Source: Eledone cirrhosa
Lineage: Eukaryota
Direction: 5' to 3'
Assembly (NCBI GenBank): GCA_964016885.1
Contig: OZ024743.1
Coordinates: 318,432,001 to 318,496,000, forward strand
Length of the DNA stretch: 64,000 nucleotides
Positions 55,720 to 64,000 of the stretch are shown here, in pieces (within the stretch, counting starts at the first letter, position 1; the number at the start of each line of letters is the position of its first letter). The notes beneath the pieces were generated by a model, which saw nothing but the letters and a program-made list of their open reading frames with translations, was not told the DNA's origin and ran no database searches. The translations under genes were made by a program, and so were the position numbers.

Positions 55720-55992
55720 CTACTATTTTTTAAGGCAATGCAAGCAATAACTATCTAATAATTAAATGATCATAGTGAATTACTGACAAGTGATTGACAT
55801 TTTAAAGTTCTTTTGAGTATAATTGCAATCTAGTTGAGGCAACTGGCTTAATGACAAAGCTAGTAAATCATGAATGCATTTGAGATGATTAGTGCATAAT
55901 AGTGAATAGGTGAAACTTGTGCATTTCAATGGTGTTACAACAATAGATGTAAGTTATATAGTAGTAATACTTTATCATTTTAACTTTTTAGA

Positions 55993-56352
55993 ATGGACAA
56001 AAACCCATGCAAAGAAATGACTTTGACTGCAGTGATTCTCTCCAATTTACTTACAAAGCAAAACGTGGTCAAATACCTTATCATCTCTGATAAAATGCCC
56101 ATTGAATCACTGAAAATCGGATGCATGGAATTCCTCATAAAATGCACCTATGAATCGGAAGCCATCACATATATCAATGGATATAGGGAGTTGTTCACAC
56201 TGGAAGACCATCACTTCATTTGTGACTTCATCAGTTATCTCCACGATTATCTCAGACACCCAATGCCATTGATGAGAGGTGATCCAATGTGTGAGCATGT
56301 AACTAATCTTATAGAAGTTGTTATCGACCACCTGGCTTTTAGTGACATTTGA
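55993..56352 (+). CDS. Orphan 119-aa ORF of unknown function
   Basis: Complex, protein-like composition in non-repeat DNA, preceded by a gtaagt...ttttag mini-intron candidate (55949..55991). No recognised homology. Confidence 0.4.
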   Translation: MDKNPCKEMTLTAVILSNLLTKQNVVKYLIISDKMPIESLKIGCMEFLIKCTYESEAITYINGYRELFTLEDHHFICDFISYLHDYLRHPMPLMRGDPMCEHVTNLIEVVIDHLAFSDI

Positions 56353-56532
56353 CTGATTTGACTGATAATGATGTATTTTTAAAAAGTATGTGTACATTCT
56401 TGTTACTGTTTTAAGGCAATGCAAGCAACAACTATTTAATAAAATTTAAATTTAAAAATGACCATTGTGCATTACTAGTATGATGACATTTTATTAAGTC
56501 ACAAAATTAGTCAGTCAGCCATAGAACAAGGA

Positions 56533-57190
56533 TCAGGTGGCAAAAACATTGGCAAAAATTTGTGTCAATTTAAGATTTCCAACATTGTTCAAATGAATCA
56601 TATCTGGTTTGAAGTCAGATTTGTCAAATTTTGACCAATTTTCAATGTTGTGAAGATTGGGCAAGTTCAATTTTTGAATCATTTCTTTCATGCAGTAATT
56701 AAACTTTTCCAAACAAGAATTTCTCTTGCCCAAGTCATTTTTATTTTCAATTACACTTTGTGGACGTGGAATGACATCACTGTAGAAAATGGGTGTACAG
56801 TGGTGCTTTTCCGCTATTTTCTGTAGCCTTGCAAAGAGACTCTTCCCCTGTTTTTCCGGTTTTGTGCCTCAAATGGGCACTTTGTCCTTAATTTACAAAT
56901 AAATGATTAATAAAAAATACTTGGGCAAAAATTATTGTATTACTTTGCACAGCTTTGTAGTGCCAACGGTGCGACGAGGATTCAGATCATTAGAGCCGAC
57001 ATGAACCACCAATACTTTCACAAAAGAACAACAGATAACAATGTTGGCGATTAACATTACCTGGCCCTGATGGGCCCCAGGTATACAAAATATCTAAGTA
57101 TTTTTGTTGGTATGATAAGTAAATACATTTGAATTAATATTTTATCATTCGATTTCACCACATTTCTAATTATGGATTTGTAAAAACTGG
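56533..57190 (-). pseudogene. SGNH/GDSL hydrolase-like remnant
   Basis: Ordered blocks xKSIIRNV, CIPGA, VVHVGSND, SDVIPR and DMIHLNNVG, with frame breaks and stops. Confidence 0.72.
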
Positions 57191-58429
57191 CATGAATGTG
57201 AATTTGATCAGTCCAATTGCCCGATTTTAGTGAAAAGTTTTGATTCGAAATGGAAATACTCCATTTCCGTGCCATGGAAAAAATGAATAAGCCGATCAAA
57301 AAGCCGCAAAACATCATTTTTAATTAAGCGAAATTAGTGGATGCAAATCTCAGAAAATATTGTACACTATTCGCACCTATCGCACTATTCGCACCTATCG
57401 GTACAAAAATATAGCGCACTATTCGCACCTATCGGTGCAAAAAATCGCACGACTGTTAATAATACTAGAAGTGCAAACTATCTGTTGAATACCTGGTATA
57501 TGAAGAGCAACCGATACGATCGGTCGGCGATCGGTCTTGAAGAAGAATGAAGAATGAAGTGAAATTTTGGTCTGGTTGTTGTCATCGGTGTTTCGCAGAG
57601 ATGCCGGCACGAACAAAGGTGTCAGTGACACAAAGTTGTCCGCTTGAACAAAGGTGTCGGTCCGACAAAGGTGTCAGTCAGACAGACAGTCAGACAGTGT
57701 CACAATCGGTACGACAAAGCGATCGATGCGATTAAAAAAAATTTAACTCATATATTTTCGCAAACTATTGATAGATTGGTACAAAAAATAGCTTTGATAA
57801 TAAACATAAATTTTTAACGAAGTATTTAAAAAGCATTTTAGCAGTGAAAAGTGAAGTAATGTTTCACACTGACGCAAGTAAGGCCGTTCAGAAATGATGT
57901 AGTCAATTAGGAGGAGGGGATTTGGCGATTTGACTACATTTGGCTAACGTAATCACAATCACAAGAGTTCCGCCGAAAAAAATTCGTAATTTCTGGATTA
58001 CCTCCCCTAACGTCACGCTTACTACTCACTCACTTGAACACAAGATTTATCAGCAAACTTTGATTATAAACTTTTTCCTGCTGGACCAAATTTCTAGATT
58101 TTTAAGCCAAAAGATGCGTAATGATCTACTGTTCATGCTCATATAAGTTTTATCTCAGTTAAATAAAGTAGAGCCGCGCTGTACTGTCATAAACAGACGA
58201 TTGCCAATGAAAACACGACCACAACAATATTACTAAACGGACTACCGTCCGTTTAGGATATATATGTATATATATATATATGTAGGACGTAAAATGATGA
58301 TGATGATGATGATATATATATATATATTTGTATATATTTCTTTAGGTTTGTTGGTTCACCACTGGATAGAACTGGTCATTCTGTATGGTCAATCCTGGTG
58401 TAATATTATGAAGAGTACTCAACGCAGTG

Positions 58430-59455
58430 CAGTTCACCCATCTTCGTTTGTGTAGTTGGTGGTGCTACGCCAGTCATCTGGTATGACCCCATTCTGTATT
58501 ACTTAGTTTACTATCCGGATGACCATAGTATGTCCCACCATTCCAGATGCTTTCAACATCTCAACAGCTATCTCCGATGGCCCAGCTGCCTTGCCTATCT
58601 TCATATCTTTGATTGCCTTACTTATTATACTACCTTTAACTTGCACCGCTGGTCTCTCTAATGGATCGATTTGGGCAGACTATCTTTTTCCCATTTATTC
58701 TCCTCATTTAGTAGTCTCTCGTAGTGACACTTCCAAGCTACCTTCTTATCAGTATCAGTGAGGGCAACTACACCATCATCCTTATGGACACACTTCTCCC
58801 TCACAATATCACGGTTTTCCTTGGCACATTGTCTTGCAATCCTGAACACCTCACGTCTTTGGGCCTCCCGTTGTAGAACATGCTTGAACTTTCTATCCTC
58901 TGCTTTCCTTCTTGCAAAGTACACTTGTTTCCTTGCTTCTCTCCTGGCCACTTGATAGTGTTCTCTACTTCCCCCATCCTGCCATACTTACTAATCCTGC
59001 TTTTTGGCCTTGATTGACTTCTCCACCTTACTGTTCCACCGCCATGTTACTCTCCTCCTGCCTATAGGTCTGCTCCAGCCACAAATTTCATCTGTCGCCT
59101 ACAGCAGGTTAACTTTCAAGAAATCCCACTGTTCCTCTATATTGTACGACTCTAATTGCTCTTCTTTACTGTCAAAAGCATCAAGTAATATGCTTTTAAA
59201 TTTGTTACTGGCTGTGGGGTCCTTCAACTTCCATATTCTTCTCCTCAGGGTAGTACTCGTCTGTCGTCGAGTATGTCTAGTCCTGACTATGAGGTCACTA
59301 ACTATGAGGCTATGTTGGGAGAGGGATTTTTCACGGGGGAGGGATTTAATGTTTACAACAGACACTCTGTCACTCTGTCACTCTAGTAAGGATATAATTT
59401 ATCTGGCTGGCGTATTCCCCTGATCTATAGGTGATCAAGTGATTGTCTCGTTTTT
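58430..59455 (-). mobile_element. RTE LINE internal fragment (endonuclease C-term to linker)
   Basis: TYRSG...QINYIL, SQHSLIV, WKLKD and HYERLLN motifs. Confidence 0.8.
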
Positions 59456-59462
59456 TTAAGTT

Positions 59463-59463
<1 letters not shown>

Positions 59464-59516
<53 letters not shown>

Positions 59517-59534
59517 TACATATATATACATACA

Positions 59535-59574
<40 letters not shown>

Positions 59575-59660
59575 CATATGTATACATACATATGTATACA
59601 TATATATATATACATACATATATATATACACATATATATATATATACATATATATATATG

Positions 59661-59754
<94 letters not shown>

Positions 59755-59760
59755 CATATG

Positions 59761-59791
<31 letters not shown>

Positions 59792-59812
59792 GTATATATA
59801 TGTATATATATA
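59464..59812. repeat. (TA)n/(TACA) microsatellite (similar arrays at 50130..50376 and 63598..63930)
   Basis: Direct reading of the sequence. Confidence 0.95.
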
Positions 59813-60329
59813 TTGATTGGTGTGACAACACAAATCCACTGTGCATCATAGGAATTTTAGTTATAGTTATTGCTGTATCTGTTGTAGAAGCAAGAAGAAC
59901 ATTTATCAAAAATACTTGAAAAATTCAGGTAAGAAGTATTTCTATTACTTTGATTGTTGAAACCTATCAATATATATATATCATCATCATCATCATCACC
60001 ATTTTACGTCCATTCTTCCACGCTAGCATGGGTTAGACAAGTTGTCCTGTTGTGGGCAGTGCTAGGTCGGGTGACCTTGTCTTACGGGAACTGATTTGGC
60101 TTGATTTCTACAGCTGGATGCGCTTCCTAACACTCAGTGTGGGCTGAGTGCTTTTTTGTTGTGACACCTCCACGACCACTTTGCAGTGGGAGGGGATGGG
60201 GGAATATTGTCTATATGCTTCAGTGTCAGCTTGTTGCTGTGGGAGGTTGGGTCTTCCGTATTACTGCATGATGCCAGAGGTCACGGTCCGGTGTCATCGC
60301 CTTTGAAAGGAGCAATTGGGCAAGTTCAG

Positions 60330-61830
60330 CTTTTATCACCTCATCCCACGTCTTCATATGCATCACATGTCCATACCAATGCAACCTCCTCTCCTGCACA
60401 CAGCGTTTGATTCCTTGTATGCTCAGTCTCTCTCTCAATTCGTTTATGCTTTGCTGTTTGCGTATATTACTATTACACATCCATTTGAGCATGCAAGCTT
60501 TGTTTCTTTCTAATCTATGCAAGTCTTCTACACACAGCGCCCAGGTCTCACTACTATGTAACATTGCTGTTCGTATGCACATATCATACAGTTGCCTTTC
60601 ATTTTGAGGGAAAAGTTTTTTGCAGCTAGCAGTGGCAGTAGCTCCTTGAACTTCTTCCATCCCATTCTTACCCTGGTTACTGTACTTCCAGAACACTCAC
60701 CTCTGCTGCTAATTTGGTTACCTAGGTAGCAGAAGCTGTCTACTGTTTCTACAGAGCCCTCCCAGAGTTTGGTGGTGCTTATTTCCTGTGGCCGTTTGCT
60801 GTCCTAGTGCAACTGCTATATGTAAAGCCTACATTCTTAACTAAGCTTCCTGAGATCCCACTACATCTCTTGTGTACCTGTAGTGTGCATTTGGGGCAGA
60901 GGATGGAGTTCCTACCTACACCTTTCCTACATACTGAGCAAGGCCATTTCCCTGAGGGGATCTGGGTTCTGTTTTCTCGTCTACTTACAAGGACCTTAGT
61001 CTTTGTCAGGTTGACTTTGAAACCCTTTCTTTCTAGTCTCTGCTTCCATGTTTGGAGTTTCTTCTTTAGTTCCACGATAGATTCAGCTATAAGTGCGAGG
61101 TCATCTGCATACAGGAGTTCCCAGGGGCATCTGGTCTTAAACTCTTCTGTTATAGCCTGCAATACTATAATAAACAGGAGAGGGCTAAGAACAGAGCCCT
61201 GGTGACACTGACCTGAATGCTATATTCCTCGCTATAGTCATTGTTAACCCTAACTTTACTGACTGCTCCCCTATACATGGCTTGTACAGCTTTCACAAGC
61301 CAATCAGCTACTCCTAGTTTTCTAAGAGCCCACCAGATTATATATGGGACACTGTCGAATGCCTTTTCCAGATCGACGAATGCCAGGTAGAGTGGCTTAC
61401 TTTTAGCTAGGTACTTTTCCTGTAATTGCCTCACAAGGAAGAGGGCATCAGTGGTGCCTCTTCCTGGCACAAACCCAAATTGCATCTCATCTAGTTTCAC
61501 CCGGTCCCTAATCAACTGTGTATAACTCTTTCTGTTACTTTCATGACCTGGTCCATCAGCTTTATACCTCTATAGTTTCCTCTATCTAGTGCATCACCTT
61601 TACCTTTGTAGCAGTTGACAATGATGCTACTGCACCAATCCTTTGGTATGACACCTTCTAGTATTACCTGGTTAACAATACGTGTGGTTATGGTGTGACC
61701 TACCGACCCAGATGCCTTCAGCATCTCGGCAGCTATACCCGATGGACCGGTTGCCTTCTCAGTCTTCATATCTTTAATTGCCTTACTTACTACGCTGCTG
61801 CTGACTTGTTTTGCTGGCCCCTCTATAAGG
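60330..61830 (-). mobile_element. RTE LINE RT region
   Basis: NYRGIKL, QFGF..GRGTTDA, FVDLEKAFD and LLYADDL motifs. Confidence 0.92.
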
Positions 61831-62211
61831 TGCACTACATATACATATATACTATATATATCATCATCATTTTAAGACTGCTTTTCCCTGCTTTTATGGG
61901 TGGGATGGGGGTTCTATTCAGCACAGCATCTCTCCACTTGTCAGTCCTTCGTCATCTCCTCCATGAGCTTCAGCGATCTGAGGTCTGCTCTAACCCTCTC
62001 CGCCCATGTTTTTCATGGTCTACTTCTACTGCATCTTCCTTCTACTGGGATTTCTTGGCACTTCTTTACCCAGCGGTCATTCTCCATGCGCATCACATGT
62101 CCATACTCAGCCTTCTCTCCTGCACACCACAACTTATCCCTCTTATACCCAGTTTCTTTCTCAACTCGTCTTATATATATACATATATATATATATACAT
62201 ATATGCATACA

Positions 62212-62248
<37 letters not shown>

Positions 62249-62689
62249 ATTTACATATACACAAACTAGACAAAGTCACAGATATATATGTGCTTTGGCA
62301 ACCATTCACGATGTGGCTCAATGAAGAATTAATAAATTAAATAATCAGAGCAATATACTATAAAGTATGTCCATAGAATCATTTGATAATATATAAGCAT
62401 TTCTTCTAACTTTAATTTTATACCTAATTGTATATGGTTGACGGTATATTTAATCGATTTCCACGTGCTGTTGAAATGTTGGGTAAACATTCTATGGCGG
62501 TTGGCTGCGAAGAGATTGCTGTCGTTTATTTATCTAGTTTCTTCATAGGTGCCTTTTAATCTTATAGCCTGGTCTAATTGATTTTTTTGTGTGGTTGATC
62601 ATGCTAATTGGGAGAGGAAATGGTGTATATATATTATCAAATGATTCTATGCACATACTTTATAGTATATATATATATACATATAAATA

Positions 62690-63425
62690 TAACTTTGATA
62701 GGTTTTGGCCAGTATTGGCCCAGGTCATGTCTAGCACCACCTGGCAAAGTCTTACAAATCAGGGTTATTGTTTACGGAGGCATATCCGTGTGTAGGAGGC
62801 TTATCCGGGATATCTTGAAGGAATTTTTCCAAAGACTTCTTGAACTTGATGTGGTCTATTTCTGTTTTGATGTGTTTTGGTGTAATGTTAAAGAGAGCAG
62901 GGCCAATTGAGGTGAAATAATTGTGCCGTATTGTTGTTATGAGATGTGAGTGAGATTTATGTCGTGGGTGGATAGCATGGGGCCCAAGCCTTGGGTGTAC
63001 GTTAAAGGTGATGCCAACATCATTTGGGCAAAGCTGATGAAATATTTTCCACATCATGCAGATAATGTAGCGTTCACAGCGACGTTGGAGAGAATAAAGT
63101 TTGAGCTTTTCTAATCGACTCCAATAGTCAAGGCCTGTCATGCCATCTATCTTTTTTGTAATCGATCTTTGGGATGCTTCAACTTTCATGATACTTTGTT
63201 TCGTGTGGGGTGACCACAGTGGACAACAGTATTCAAGGTAGGGTTGGGCAAAAGTGGAGAAGAGAAGGATAACAGTGTGGCTATCTCTTGACTGGAAGGT
63301 TCTGAGAATCCAGGAACACATTCTGCAGGCCATATCAACTTTGCTGTTTATATGAGTGGCCCAGCTTATGTTGATGTCCACAATTACTCCCAGGTCTCTG
63401 GTGTTATTGGATGCCACTAGAGTTT
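62690..63425 (-). mobile_element. CR1/L2-group LINE RT C-terminal fragment (second family)
   Basis: [36 protein letters not shown] and FKKSLEKFL..IPD.P motifs. Confidence 0.85.
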
Positions 63426-63618
63426 CACCCGAAAGAAGGTTTTTCTCACATGAAAAAAACCACAGACCCTCCATCTCAACTCTACTTTTGAAAAGCAGAA
63501 GAACTGCGAAACCGGTAAAGGAACCAAATAGATATATATATTTATTTAAAAAAAAAATAAGACTCCAGTTGCATTTTCGATTTCATCTTTTTTTCTTTAT
63601 ATATATATATATATATAT

Positions 63619-63686
<68 letters not shown>

Positions 63687-63708
63687 ATATATATATATAT
63701 ATATATAC

Positions 63709-63748
<40 letters not shown>

Positions 63749-63836
63749 TGCAATATATATATATATATAATATATATAGTATATATATATATATACAATA
63801 TATATATATATAAATACAATAGATATATATATATAT

Positions 63837-63912
<76 letters not shown>

Positions 63913-64000
63913 ATATATATATACAATATAAATGGTGGCTGCCAACTTGTTTTCGAGTACGGCCACTACTTTATATCCGTGTAGGAGAACCCCTACCGTT

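Overview
AT-rich animal genomic DNA full of repeats; the SINE/RTE repertoire and (TA)n arrays suggest a cephalopod such as octopus (inference). One host gene spans most of the window. It is a TTLL3/TTLL8-type tubulin monoglycylase on the + strand, which I assembled by hand into 16 GT-AG coding exons (552..43509, consistent phases, 2520 nt, about 839 aa). Introns and the 3' flank contain RTE and CR1/L2-like LINE fragments, modular tRNA/CORE SINEs with RTE tails and a tandem ~47-bp hairpin unit, non-autonomous Helitrons, mariner- and piggyBac-like MITEs, and a complete hAT (hATm-like) transposon with TIRs and an 8-bp TSD. Two features are less expected. First, there are several Penelope-type minimal hammerhead ribozyme motifs: one is sense-oriented in a TTLL3 intron with a perfect downstream antisense copy, and two form a head-to-head pair. 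Second, an unclassified ~3.6-kb block (54627..58258) combines a long-TIR foldback unit, an orphan 119-aa ORF, a decayed SGNH hydrolase and a terminal hairpin.
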